Shown here piece after piece: positions 48,614 through 58,667 of a DNA stretch of 62,835 bases (position 1 is its first letter; every line of letters starts with the position of its first letter). Under the pieces are notes generated by a model, which saw only the letters and a list, made by a program, of their open reading frames with translations, did not search any database and was not told the DNA's origin. The DNA lies in the NCBI GenBank assembly GCA_041746255.1, contig JBGTHM010000123.1, positions 1 through 62,835 on the forward strand, in the 5' to 3' direction. A program made the translations under genes and the position numbers. The stretch is from Fibrobacteria bacterium (lineage in GTDB: Bacteria > Fibrobacterota > Fibrobacteria > UBA11236).

Positions 48614-48697
48614 CGCGGAGGTCATTGATCTTCCCCGGGCACCGGTGATATAATTCTTGGGCGAAGGTTTTTTAAAAATTTAAGGATTGGGCAGATT

Positions 48698-49780
48698 TTG
48701 GGAATCAAGCAAAAAATCCTGAATATGATCCAGGGCGAGCCCTATACGGTCGGCATTGATGTGGGCAACTACAGCATCAAAATCGCCAAGATCGTGCATA
48801 AGCCCTCGGGACCCATGCTGGCCGGCGCCGGAATCCACGTTCTCAAGCCGGGCACCATCGTCGGAGGTGAAATCAAGAACCGCGACGATCTCCTGCAATC
48901 CCTGATATCGCTGGTGCACCGTATCGAGCCATCGGGAAAAATCAAGGAAGTCTTCCTTTCCCTGTCCTGGTCCTACGGCGTGATTGCGGATCGAGTTCGT
49001 TTGAAGAGCAACAAACTTGAATCCGACGAAGAGCTCATCCTGATGGAAGCGGGACAGCGCAGCCCTTTCGACGTGGATAACATCACGCTGGACTATAAAG
49101 TCCTTTCCAAAGACGATGAAAGCGGAGAAATGGAAGTCCTTCTGGTGGCCGCTAAACTGCAGGTGATGCAAGGCTATATCGACTTGCTCTATGAGGCGGG
49201 CTTGCGGCCCGTGGTTATCGACGTCGACGCCTTCTCGGTAACCAATGCCTACCTGCTGACCGCTCCGGCTGAAGACGCGGACAAGGTGGTTTCCATCATC
49301 AATATCGGCCAACATCTGACCAATCTCACCATCCTGAAAAACGGCACCTATCATTCGACCCGCGACATAGCCACCGCTTGCGACTTTTTCAACAAGACTT
49401 TGATGAAAAACCTGAAATGCGAAGAGGAAGAGGCGGCCGAAATCCTGCGTGGTCAGGAAACGGAAAACCAGAACGAAGCGCTTATCAATCGTAGCATCGA
49501 ATTTTCCGCGGAGGAGCTTTCGGTCGGAATCGATCTGGCGTTCAGCTACTTTCAGTCTTCCGAAAACAACTTGAAGGTGGAGAAGATGGTGCTGTGCGGC
49601 GGCGGCGCCTGCATTCCCAATCTGGCGGGAATCCTGGCCAAGCGACATAACGTTGAAGTCGAGGTTTCCAATCCACTGCAAAACCTCGATTACGACCCTA
49701 AGAAATTCAACGGTCCCATTCCCGAGAATATTTCCACCATTCTGGCCGTCGCGACCGGAATGGCCTTGAGGCGCGCCTGA
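48698..49780 (+). CDS. pilM: Type IV pilus assembly protein PilM
   Basis: VGIDVGNYSIK, PFD..LDY, VLLVAAK, AGL.P..IDVD.F, INIG, LCGGGA, ATGMALR. Confidence 0.93.
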   Translation: MGIKQKILNMIQGEPYTVGIDVGNYSIKIAKIVHKPSGPMLAGAGIHVLKPGTIVGGEIKNRDDLLQSLISLVHRIEPSGKIKEVFLSLSWSYGVIADRVRLKSNKLESDEELILMEAGQRSPFDVDNITLDYKVLSKDDESGEMEVLLVAAKLQVMQGYIDLLYEAGLRPVVIDVDAFSVTNAYLLTAPAEDADKVVSIINIGQHLTNLTILKNGTYHSTRDIATACDFFNKTLMKNLKCEEEEAAEILRGQETENQNEALINRSIEFSAEELSVGIDLAFSYFQSSENNLKVEKMVLCGGGACIPNLAGILAKRHNVEVEVSNPLQNLDYDPKKFNGPIPENISTILAVATGMALRRA

Positions 49781-50400
49781 TGGTCGACTTTATTGAAGTA
49801 AATCTACTTCCCATTGAGTACCGCGTCGTCAAAAAGGACTACTCCTTTCTGCTCGACTGGCGCATCGTCGTGCCGACGCTTTCCCTGGCATGCCTTGCCG
49901 TCGCCTACTTCGCAGGCACCTCCTTTATCGAATCGACCCTGGACAACAAACGCTCGGCGTTGAAATCACTGGAGAGTGAGATAGCGGCCAACTCCTATGT
50001 CGCCGAAAAAATCAAGGAGCTGGAAAAACTTCGCGACGAAAAGAACGCCAAAAACACCTCCCTGAGGAGTATCAGCGTCAGCAAAAAGAAATGGGTGCGC
50101 ATAATGGAAGGGGTCAACAAGTCGCTCCCTTTGAATATGTGGTTGGAAGGAGTGGTCCAAAGCGAACAAAAAGAAACGGACATGGATATTAAAGGCCGGA
50201 CTTTTCTGTTTCCCGAAATCGCCGAATATATGCTGGAGCTCGAGAAGAACGAATACTTCGCCAAGGTGTCATTGGGAAGTATCGAATGGCAGAAGGAAAG
50301 TGAAAAGGCCTCCTTTTACTTCACCATCAAGGTCAATCTCAATCCCATGGTCGGGATAGATAATCTCGTCGAGACCGCCGGCAAGGAAAACCTACTGTGA
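49780..50400 (+). CDS. pilN: PilN
   Basis: IEVNLLP motif, TM helix, coiled coil, LP..MWL. Confidence 0.88.
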   Translation: MVDFIEVNLLPIEYRVVKKDYSFLLDWRIVVPTLSLACLAVAYFAGTSFIESTLDNKRSALKSLESEIAANSYVAEKIKELEKLRDEKNAKNTSLRSISVSKKKWVRIMEGVNKSLPLNMWLEGVVQSEQKETDMDIKGRTFLFPEIAEYMLELEKNEYFAKVSLGSIEWQKESEKASFYFTIKVNLNPMVGIDNLVETAGKENLL

Positions 50401-50993
50401 ACTCGCTTAACTTCAACCTGAACGCGAAAATCTGGTTATATCTGGGTCTCTGCGTCGCCGCGGCTGCGGGTACGCTCTATCATTTTTATACCTCGGCCTA
50501 TTCGGAGTACCACAAGGAAATTCAGAAATTGGACCGGGATACCCAGAAGAAGAAGGGCGAATTACGCCAGATTTTAGCCCAGAAGCAGAGATTAACCGAT
50601 TTGGAAAAGGAAATTGAGCGGGCCAATTCCGAATTCGCCAGTTTGCAGGACATGTTTCCCGATGAAGAGGTGATTCCCCGGCGCCTTATCGATTTGACTG
50701 CGGTGACGCGACGTTCTTTGACACAGCCCACGCGCTTTTTGCCGATGCGGGTGGAAGAAAAGGAGTTTTATCGCGAAAATCATTATTCGGTGACGATTTC
50801 GTCGAGCTACCACAGTTTAGGCGCGCTTTTCAGCGAAGTGGCCAATTTCAAATACCCGACTTCCATCAGCAAGTTGCAAATCGTCGCCAGTCCCGAGTTG
50901 GATCAGGAGTTGATTTATGGCCGGGAACACGGACAAATCGCAAAGACGGTTATTGCTAATTTTCAGTTGACCACGTTCACCTCGAAGAAATAA
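50397..50993 (+). CDS. pilO: PilO
   Basis: TM plus coiled coil, FPDEEVIP, EFY.E, YHSLG.LFSEV; position in operon. Confidence 0.88.
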   Translation: MNSLNFNLNAKIWLYLGLCVAAAAGTLYHFYTSAYSEYHKEIQKLDRDTQKKKGELRQILAQKQRLTDLEKEIERANSEFASLQDMFPDEEVIPRRLIDLTAVTRRSLTQPTRFLPMRVEEKEFYRENHYSVTISSSYHSLGALFSEVANFKYPTSISKLQIVASPELDQELIYGREHGQIAKTVIANFQLTTFTSKK

Positions 50994-51006
50994 GGACGAC
51001 TGAAAA

Positions 51007-52875
51007 ATGCGATTGAGATTCTGGAAAGTAAGGCCATTATGGCTGGGATTAGCCTTGACCCTGTGGAGCGCCGCTCCCGGATTCGAATTACGCGAGGTCC
51101 GCATCAAAGCTCTTAAGGGCAAAGCCTTCGCGGAGATTGAGTTCTCGCAGTCGTCTGGCGAAAAAGGCTTTCCGCTGTTTTTCCATCAAAGTGATATCGG
51201 GGCCGGGATCCTTACGGTTTCCTTCCTGGAAACGGGATCCGCATTTCCCTTGGGCGATTATGTCATCGATGCGGGCGGGGAAGCGTTAAGTAAGCTTGGA
51301 TTGAAACGCTTCCGTAGTCCCAGCGGAAAAACATTTCTTGGCCTCGAATTTCACCTCGCCAATCCGCCCAAGCGCGTAGTCCTTGACGAAAAAGGTAAGG
51401 CGGCAGTTCGCATTGATTTGGAGGCCCCTGTTGCCGCAAAGTTCAACTGGTCTTTGGCTCAGACTGCCAAAGGAAAGGCGGCAGAGGCTAAACAATTGGT
51501 TGAAAAGCCGAAGCCTGTTCCGGCTGAAAAATCCGCCCCGCCCGCTCCCCAGGCATCCCCACCCAAGACGGCTTCGGTTGCAGCCACACCGGGAAAATCC
51601 GGTTTACAGGAAATCCGCTTACTGGCAGGCTCCGCACAGGAGACCCTGATACTGGATTTCGGTTCCGTGGCGCCGGAATTCTCCGCCGGTAAAACCGCGG
51701 GAGATTCCACCTGGCTCACCTTGAGTTTCCCTTCGCGGGAATCGACGGGGCGGAAGGAATATGTATTTCCCCATAATGGCGTCTTCCGCAAGGCGCGGCT
51801 AAAATCGGTGGAGGGTAAGCTTACCGCCGAAATCCAAGCCCAGGGAGGGGGGATGCTGCATGTGATTCCCCAGGGAAATGAGATCCATATTACCAGCGCG
51901 GCAGGAACGCTTAAAAAAACCTTCAAATGGTCTTCCAACGAGCCCAACGCCAAAGTCCTTATCGCCGATGCTTTGCCCGATCCAATCGAAGGCGCACATG
52001 ACCAGGGAAAGACGTTGGAAAAGGTGTCGGGTACCCAGTCTGGAAAAGGTGTTTCATCCAGCGAGGTGTTTTCACCCGCGGGCGAAAGCAAACCCATGAT
52101 TATCCGCAAGGATTCGGTATCCTTTCATAGCTCTCCCGGCGCCAAGAGCAAGGCTACGGGGGTTTTGGAAATCGGAGAGGTTGTGGTCAAGGTTGGTCAG
52201 GAAAAGGGCTGGTTGCGGGTCGTGCGTGGAAACGATACCGGCTATGTCGCCGACAAAGACGCGACCTATGCGGATGAAGTGGGTGCCGAGGAGGCCCAGC
52301 GTATCCGGCAGGTAGCCGAAGCGAAGGCCACGAAAGCCCAGGCGCTTAGCGCACGGGTACAAGCCGAAAGCCAGGTAAAAACCCAGCCCGTAGAGCCGGC
52401 AAGGGCTAAAAGCGAGCCCGCGGTAATGGTTGCCGAGCCTAAAGAGATCCCGCTTCCCAAAGAGGCTCCCAAGTCGGCTCCGCTTCCCACCAATGCCATG
52501 GCGCAAAAACTCGTCCAGGAGAAAAAAGCGGTGGAAGAGGAAAAAATCAAAGTAAAACTGGCCGAAGACGTTACCTATAATAGTTATGGAAGGCGCGATC
52601 CTTTCGTCCCGGTAGAACCCGCAACTTCGGAAAACGGCATTATCATCGATCAGATGAAGGTGGTGGGGATTATCTGGAAACAAAACGATCCCATCGCGGT
52701 ATTAGAGCATACCAAGGAATCGGGTCTCTCCTTTACCGTGCGCCAAGGGGATCCCGTACACAACGGAAGAGTGTCGCGGATTACCCGTGATGCGGTCACT
52801 TTCGCCATTACGGAGTACGGCATCTCGCGTTCCTATAGCTTGAAATTGGTTTCCCAGGAAGGGGTCAGTCGATGA
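51007..52875 (+). CDS. Enlarged PilP-like protein with AMIN-like and SH3b domains
   Basis: C-terminal YNSYGRRDPFVP...DQMKVVGIIW...VRQGD...GRV.RI (PilP-like); SH3b-like HSSPG...GWLRV..G..GYV; Pro/Ala/Lys linkers; lies between pilO and pilQ. Confidence 0.65.
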   Translation: MRLRFWKVRPLWLGLALTLWSAAPGFELREVRIKALKGKAFAEIEFSQSSGEKGFPLFFHQSDIGAGILTVSFLETGSAFPLGDYVIDAGGEALSKLGLKRFRSPSGKTFLGLEFHLANPPKRVVLDEKGKAAVRIDLEAPVAAKFNWSLAQTAKGKAAEAKQLVEKPKPVPAEKSAPPAPQASPPKTASVAATPGKSGLQEIRLLAGSAQETLILDFGSVAPEFSAGKTAGDSTWLTLSFPSRESTGRKEYVFPHNGVFRKARLKSVEGKLTAEIQAQGGGMLHVIPQGNEIHITSAAGTLKKTFKWSSNEPNAKVLIADALPDPIEGAHDQGKTLEKVSGTQSGKGVSSSEVFSPAGESKPMIIRKDSVSFHSSPGAKSKATGVLEIGEVVVKVGQEKGWLRVVRGNDTGYVADKDATYADEVGAEEAQRIRQVAEAKATKAQALSARVQAESQVKTQPVEPARAKSEPAVMVAEPKEIPLPKEAPKSAPLPTNAMAQKLVQEKKAVEEEKIKVKLAEDVTYNSYGRRDPFVPVEPATSENGIIIDQMKVVGIIWKQNDPIAVLEHTKESGLSFTVRQGDPVHNGRVSRITRDAVTFAITEYGISRSYSLKLVSQEGVSR

Positions 52876-54431
52876 GAATTTCCACCTATAAGGCGCTTTT
52901 TATGGCCGCCGGTTTGGCCTTATGCGTAGTGGGGCAGGAGATCCCCATTTCCAATTCGCCCATGGACCGTCCGGCTTTGCGCCGGCAGAATTTCATGTTC
53001 TCCAATATGGATTTACGCTCGGCCTTCAAAGCCGTTTCGGCGTCCGGGGGGGTGGATATCGTGCTGGCGCCCGATGTGGCCGGCAAGGTGGTTTCTTTGC
53101 AACTGACGGATAAGACCTGGCAAGAGGCCTTGCTGATACTCTGTCAGATGTACAATCTGAAATATTTGGTAGAGGAGAACTACCTCTATGTACTGACCAT
53201 GAGCGATTACAACTCCCAATCGGTGGATAATGCCACCGCCGCCCAGAGCGCCGGGTCGATGTCCCCTTTAATTCGGGACATCATCAAATTGAAAAACGCC
53301 AAGGCCAAGGATTTGGAAAGTTCGGTGAGCGGGCTGCTGTCGAGCCGCGGCAAATTGAATATTGTCGAGCGCAATAACGCCATGCTGGTTTTTGATACCC
53401 GCCAGAACATCCGTGAAATCAGGGCGGCGGTAAAGGCTCTCGATGTCGAAACCCATCAAGTAAACATCCTGGCCCAACTGATCCAGGTTGACTCGGATGC
53501 GCTGCATGAATTGGGAGTGGATTGGCAATTCGGTTCGGGAAATATTACCCGCCTTTCCGGCGCGAATGCCGGCAAAGTCCCCTCCTTGCCGGCGGGTTCC
53601 GCTTCGGAATACGGTGTATTAGGGGGTACCAACCAGGGTGGAGCTTCCGGAGGTGGTGCTTCGTCTGGAAGTGGAGGCACAGGAGGAGGCTCGGGAACAA
53701 CCGGGCAGGGTGGAGGCGGAGCCGTGGGTGGTGTGGCCGGCGCCACATCCCAGGTCGCATTCGGACTCCTGAACGGAAATCTGGCTATAGCGGTAGCCAA
53801 TCTCTTGCAAACCGCCAAGGGCGAAGTATTGGCCAAGCCGCAAATCACCACCCTGGACAATACCCAGGCGCGGATATTCATGGGTGAGCAGGTTCCTATT
53901 CGGGTGCTGGATGCCAATGGCCGCCAGGCCATTGAATTGCAGGATGCCGGGACTTCGCTAACCGTTACTCCGCATGTCACTGCGGATGGGCGTATTCTGC
54001 TTGATTTGAACCCGGAGAAGAATTCTTTCCGCGTCGATCCCAGTGCGGGTACCATTTTGCAAAAGCAAAGCGCCAGAACCACGGTGGTGGTCAATGACGG
54101 AGAAACGGTGGTTATTGCCGGTCTCACCACCAAGGAGGAAACCGAAACCGAGAGGGGCATCCCTTTTCTCAAGGATATCCCCGTTCTGGGATACCTTTTC
54201 AAACATAAAGCCATCCAGGTCCGTAAGCGCGACTTGATCATTTTCGTTACCCCGCATATTGTCAGAGGCCTACTTTCACAGGAAGTCGCGCGTTCAGGTA
54301 AATTGGAAATCGAGGATGAGCCCCTGTCGGAAAGAGCCGGCGTCTATGGCGACATCGTGCCACCCCGCTCGGCCCCCGCTCCCGCCACGGTAATATCCGT
54401 TCCCGTTCCCGCTCCGGCCGCATCCGAGTAA
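52872..54431 (+). CDS. pilQ: Type IV pilus secretin PilQ
   Basis: STN/N0 and N3 domains, ELGVDW, P.ITTLDN..A.I..G, VTPHVT, DGETVVIAGL, IPFLKDIPVLGYLF, LIIFVTPHI. Confidence 0.92.
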   Translation: MRISTYKALFMAAGLALCVVGQEIPISNSPMDRPALRRQNFMFSNMDLRSAFKAVSASGGVDIVLAPDVAGKVVSLQLTDKTWQEALLILCQMYNLKYLVEENYLYVLTMSDYNSQSVDNATAAQSAGSMSPLIRDIIKLKNAKAKDLESSVSGLLSSRGKLNIVERNNAMLVFDTRQNIREIRAAVKALDVETHQVNILAQLIQVDSDALHELGVDWQFGSGNITRLSGANAGKVPSLPAGSASEYGVLGGTNQGGASGGGASSGSGGTGGGSGTTGQGGGGAVGGVAGATSQVAFGLLNGNLAIAVANLLQTAKGEVLAKPQITTLDNTQARIFMGEQVPIRVLDANGRQAIELQDAGTSLTVTPHVTADGRILLDLNPEKNSFRVDPSAGTILQKQSARTTVVVNDGETVVIAGLTTKEETETERGIPFLKDIPVLGYLFKHKAIQVRKRDLIIFVTPHIVRGLLSQEVARSGKLEIEDEPLSERAGVYGDIVPPRSAPAPATVISVPVPAPAASE

Positions 54432-54521
54432 TTGAACCCAATGAGCCGAATTCTCTTCGGTCTCGAATGACCCGGAGTCTATGGTCAATTGAGAGCGGAA
54501 GAAGTATAATTTCCTGAGCAA

Positions 54522-54920
54522 ATGCACCTTCTCAAGTCTGTCTACATCGTTTCTTTACTTATGCTCGCCAGTGCGTTGATTCCTTCGTACGGGTTTCCAG
54601 CAGCTACCGAGCCCTCCAGCCATTCCGGTGAAAGTAACCTCCGGGACGATTCCGATGCCCTCCCATTGATGCGACGTTATGGATTGTTACGCCTCAATAT
54701 CGAACCCTCGGGCTCCAAGTTGCTCATTGACGGACAATTCCTCGACCAAGACGTATGGCTCATTTCCATGCGACCCGGCTCCCATTCCCTGCGTGTTCTC
54801 AAGGATGGCTTCAAGCCCTACGAAAAGAATTTCGAGATTTCTAATGGCGACCGGCTGACTTTCAATATTCGTCTTGAATCCGAAACCGCCGAGGATTCGC
54901 CCCGTCTTTCCCAGGACTAA
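54522..54920 (+). CDS. Secreted PEGA-domain protein
   Basis: G.L.LNIEPSGSKLLIDG...PGSHSLRVLKDGFKPY. Confidence 0.8.
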   Translation: MHLLKSVYIVSLLMLASALIPSYGFPAATEPSSHSGESNLRDDSDALPLMRRYGLLRLNIEPSGSKLLIDGQFLDQDVWLISMRPGSHSLRVLKDGFKPYEKNFEISNGDRLTFNIRLESETAEDSPRLSQD

Positions 54921-55036
54921 TCCGGTAAATTTTCGTTTCGCGACGGATCCTTACCGGTATTCCCGGTTTTACGATTACTCTGCTGGCGGAATTCGAAATC
55001 CAAGGATATAATTGGAATCATTCCCGGGGATCCGTT

Positions 55037-55210
55037 ATGAGCCGACAGTCACGCTTGATTCTGATGATTTTTATCCTAGTGGTCCTGGTCTTGGGTATGC
55101 ACCAATGCGCCAAGGCTTCCATGCGTAAACAGAAAACGGGGGAATCAAAGTCGATTTCCGCCATGGAGGCGATCGTCGAGGCGCCCTTCCTGACGACGTG
55201 GCCGGCATGA
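55037..55210 (+). CDS. Small membrane protein (57 aa, not in the ORF track)
   Basis: MSRQSRLILMIFILVVLVLGMHQCAK...WPA*; stop lies 1 nt before the thiL ATG. Confidence 0.5.
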   Translation: MSRQSRLILMIFILVVLVLGMHQCAKASMRKQKTGESKSISAMEAIVEAPFLTTWPA

Positions 55211-55211
55211 C

Positions 55212-56183
55212 ATGAATAACTTCTTCTCGGAGGGCGGGGAGTTCTCGCTGATCGAAAAACTTTTCGATGCTTCCCATTTTTCCAAGGATGGGAAGGGGTT
55301 GGGAGACGACGGCTACTTGTTTTCGGTAGGTGATTTTCAATGGGCCATAACCACGGATAGTAGCATGGAAGGGATTCACTTCCATCTCGATTGGGCAACG
55401 CCCGCCCAAGCCCTGCACAAGGCTCTCTTATCGAATCTTTCGGATATCAACGCCATGGGCGCCGAACCGAGCCTGGCATTTTTCAATTTGGGTGCGCTTT
55501 CAAGCTGGAGCGACGCCACCTGGGAAGCCATTGCCGATGAGTTGCGTTCGATGGAATCCCGCCACGGATTCCGCATTGTCGGGGGCGATACCGTGCGTAA
55601 AACCAAGGACGGTTTTTTCGCATTCACCCTTATGGGCAAGGTGGCATCCCGGCCGCTGTTACGCAGTAATGCCCGTCCTGGCCATGCTTTATATGTTACG
55701 GGAAGACTCGGTTCCTCGGCCGCCGGCTTAAGCCTCCTGCAAGGCGGAAGCCGCGATTTTACTTCGACGGAAAAGGACTGGGTCGACATGCACCTGCTTC
55801 CGTGCCCGCCACTTAAATTGGGACCGGCCCTTTCACGTCACTCCGAAGAGACCGCGGCTATCGATATCAGCGATGGATTATCCTCCGAATTATGGCACCT
55901 CTCCCGGCAGTCGGGTACCCGAATGGTTATCGAAGCGGCAGGGCTCCCCTATGATCGACGCCTGGAGGATCGTTTCACCGAGTCCGAGTGGAGGGGATTC
56001 GTTCTGAATGGAGGGGAAGATTATCAATTGTTATTTTCCGGTAACTTTAGCGACGAACAGTTGGCGGAATGGTCAAATATTTGCGAGATCACCCGTATCG
56101 GACGGGTGGAGCATGGTTCAGGGGTGTTTCTCGTACGTGACGATGAAACCGTCCCCTTGGCCGCGGGCGGATGGGTACATTAA
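55212..56183 (+). CDS. thiL: Thiamine-monophosphate kinase
   Basis: GEFSLIE, GLGDD, EGIHF, NLSDINAMG, IVGGDT, AIDISDGL, GGEDYQLLF. Confidence 0.95.
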   Translation: MNNFFSEGGEFSLIEKLFDASHFSKDGKGLGDDGYLFSVGDFQWAITTDSSMEGIHFHLDWATPAQALHKALLSNLSDINAMGAEPSLAFFNLGALSSWSDATWEAIADELRSMESRHGFRIVGGDTVRKTKDGFFAFTLMGKVASRPLLRSNARPGHALYVTGRLGSSAAGLSLLQGGSRDFTSTEKDWVDMHLLPCPPLKLGPALSRHSEETAAIDISDGLSSELWHLSRQSGTRMVIEAAGLPYDRRLEDRFTESEWRGFVLNGGEDYQLLFSGNFSDEQLAEWSNICEITRIGRVEHGSGVFLVRDDETVPLAAGGWVH

Positions 56184-56200
56184 ACCCGCGGGAGATATTT

Positions 56201-58102
56201 ATGACAATGGGGCAACGTAGAAGTAAGCTGAAGGTAGGGGAAATCCTCTTAACTCAAGGCTTTATCAGTAACGAGCAATTGCAAGCCGCGTTGCAGCAGC
56301 ATCAGCAAACGGGAATCAGCCTCGGCACCGTGTTGGTGAAGCTGGGGTATATCGATGAAGAAACCCTGGGGCAGGTTCTCGGCAAGCAATTGGAATTGCA
56401 CGCGCGCAAGCGGTTGGGCGAGATTCTGGTGGAACAGGGTTATATCACCCAGAGGCAACTCGAAGAAGGCCTGTCCCAGCAAAAAGTCTTGGGATTGCAA
56501 TTGGGTAAATGCCTGGTCAAGCTCGGCTATATCGACGAAGACAAATTGCTCGATGTATTGGCGGCTCAGCTTGATTTAAGCCATGTCGTCCTGGAAAATT
56601 ACCAGTTCACACCCGCAGTGGTCAATCTTATCTCCGAGGAAATGGCCCGCTCCTACAAGGTGCTGCCGCTTTATGAAAAGGACAATGTGCTGACGGTAGC
56701 CATGTGCGATCCGACCAATTTGCGGACCCTGGATCATATCAAGTTCAAAACCGGCAAGGACATTGAGCCCGTCATCGCCACCGAGAAGGAACTGGTACAG
56801 TCTATTGCCAGGGCCTATTCGGGAGCGGCGCAAGATAGTCTTTTCAAATTGCTGGGTAAAAATGACGAGAAAGACCTGGTCCTGGTCAAAGAGAAAACCC
56901 CGGAGGAGGAGTCTCCGCTTGCCGACGAAGAAGGCCGGCAAATCATCAAAATTGTAAACCTCATTCTTACCGAAGCCATTCGCATGGGAGCATCCGACAT
57001 CCATCTGGAACCACAGGAGAAAAATCTACGGGTCCGATATCGCGTCGACGGGGAGTTATCGGAACAAAATGCCATACCCGCTCGCTTGATGACGCAAATC
57101 GTTTCCCGCTTGAAAATTCTGGGTGGCATGGACATCGCCGAAAAACGCCGTCCCCTCGACGGTCGAGCCAATATCGCCTATAAGGGAAAGGAAGTCGACC
57201 TCCGCCTCTCGACTTTTCCGGTTATGCTCCGATCCCGAGGCGTAACGGAAAAAATGGTGATTCGAATTTTGGATCCTAATGCCGAAACGGCCTCTCTTGA
57301 AAAAATGGGTTTCTCTCCCGCGGTTTTCGAAAGTTTCATGCAATTGGTCGACCTTCCCGATGGCATCATATTGGTGACGGGGCCCACGGGAAGCGGAAAA
57401 TCCAGTACGCTCTATGCCTGCGTGAATAAAGTGGCTGTTCCGGGTGTTAATGTGGTTACCATGGAAGATCCCGTGGAAAAGCAACTCGCCGGCATCTCCC
57501 AAGGGCAAATCAACAATGCCGCAGGCTTCACTTTCGCCGCGGGCATGCGCGCAATTCTGCGGCAAGACCCGGATATCATCATGTTGGGTGAGATGCGCGA
57601 CAAGGAAACGGCTGAAATGGCCGTCCAGGCCGCCTTGACCGGGCATTTGGTGTTCAGCACCCTGCATACCAACGATACCGCCGGGGCTTTCACCCGCCTG
57701 ACCGATATGGGGGTGGAGCCCTTCCTGGTGACGTCTTGCGTCAAGGGAGTATTGGCCCAACGGCTGGTCCGGCGCATTTGTCAAAAATGCAAGGAAGAGA
57801 TTCTGCTGCCCGACGAGGTCTTGGAACAAATCGGCATTCACCCGGGAACCCCCTTTTTCCAGGGAAAGGGCTGTAACCAGTGTAACAAGTCGGGATATTC
57901 CGGCCGATTGGCCCTGTTTGAATTGCTGATTCCCGATGCCCAAATCATGAAGATGATTTTGGAGCGGCATGGCAGCGAAGTCATCAAAGCCTATGCTATT
58001 CAGCAAGGAATGGCCACATTGCGCAGGGACGGCCTGGAAAAAGCCCTGGCCGGTCTCACGACTATCGAGCAGGTGGTCGCGGCTTCCCAAGCCGAAATGT
58101 AA
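56201..58102 (+). CDS. pilB: Type IV pilus assembly ATPase PilB/GspE with N-terminal MshEN-like repeats
   Basis: Repeated (R/K)(L/V)GEIL..QG.I...QL..L..Q; ASDIHLEP; GPTGSGKS; LRQDPDII.GE.RD; TGHLVFSTLHTN; CxxC...GCxxC. Confidence 0.92.
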   Translation: MTMGQRRSKLKVGEILLTQGFISNEQLQAALQQHQQTGISLGTVLVKLGYIDEETLGQVLGKQLELHARKRLGEILVEQGYITQRQLEEGLSQQKVLGLQLGKCLVKLGYIDEDKLLDVLAAQLDLSHVVLENYQFTPAVVNLISEEMARSYKVLPLYEKDNVLTVAMCDPTNLRTLDHIKFKTGKDIEPVIATEKELVQSIARAYSGAAQDSLFKLLGKNDEKDLVLVKEKTPEEESPLADEEGRQIIKIVNLILTEAIRMGASDIHLEPQEKNLRVRYRVDGELSEQNAIPARLMTQIVSRLKILGGMDIAEKRRPLDGRANIAYKGKEVDLRLSTFPVMLRSRGVTEKMVIRILDPNAETASLEKMGFSPAVFESFMQLVDLPDGIILVTGPTGSGKSSTLYACVNKVAVPGVNVVTMEDPVEKQLAGISQGQINNAAGFTFAAGMRAILRQDPDIIMLGEMRDKETAEMAVQAALTGHLVFSTLHTNDTAGAFTRLTDMGVEPFLVTSCVKGVLAQRLVRRICQKCKEEILLPDEVLEQIGIHPGTPFFQGKGCNQCNKSGYSGRLALFELLIPDAQIMKMILERHGSEVIKAYAIQQGMATLRRDGLEKALAGLTTIEQVVAASQAEM

Positions 58103-58283
58103 GGGTCGTTCAATTCGGGCGAAATCCCCGTCCTTCGACCTATCCCAAGATTATTACACCTGCTTTGCAAGATCTTGATGCATCTCGAAATGCATAAAGA
58201 CATAATATGAAAAGCCCGGCGCACAGCGGCGAAATCAGGTGAAAATCCCTTCCGACAGGGCGGGGGAGGGGGAAGAGGGAAAT

Positions 58284-58643
58284 ATGGAAGCGGCAAAATG
58301 TTTGGATAAGAACGCTCTGGTGGAGTTGTACCGAATCGGAGGCAAAGAATTTCTGCTAAGAATGATAGACGGCTTTTTGACCAATGCTCCGCAGAAATTG
58401 GCCAGTTCCAAAAAAAGCCTCGAACGCAAGGACTTGCGCGAAGTCCATCTTGCCATCCACTCGCTGCGTGCCAGTGCCGCTAATTTGGGAGCCATTTCGT
58501 TGCAAGAACTGGCCGAACAGGTGGAAGACCTGGCGCGCCAGGGAAAGCCGGCCTCGATTGCCGGCTTGCTGGATCAAACCGAACGCATCATGGTGGATAC
58601 TTTGCGTTATCTCCAGGAAGAAAGAAAGGGCTGGGAGAACTGA
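58284..58643 (+). CDS. Stand-alone Hpt phosphotransfer protein
   Basis: HSLRASAANLGA..L..LA..VE. Confidence 0.85.
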   Translation: MEAAKCLDKNALVELYRIGGKEFLLRMIDGFLTNAPQKLASSKKSLERKDLREVHLAIHSLRASAANLGAISLQELAEQVEDLARQGKPASIAGLLDQTERIMVDTLRYLQEERKGWEN

Positions 58644-58667
58644 ATCGTTCCTCCGGATCACCATCCC

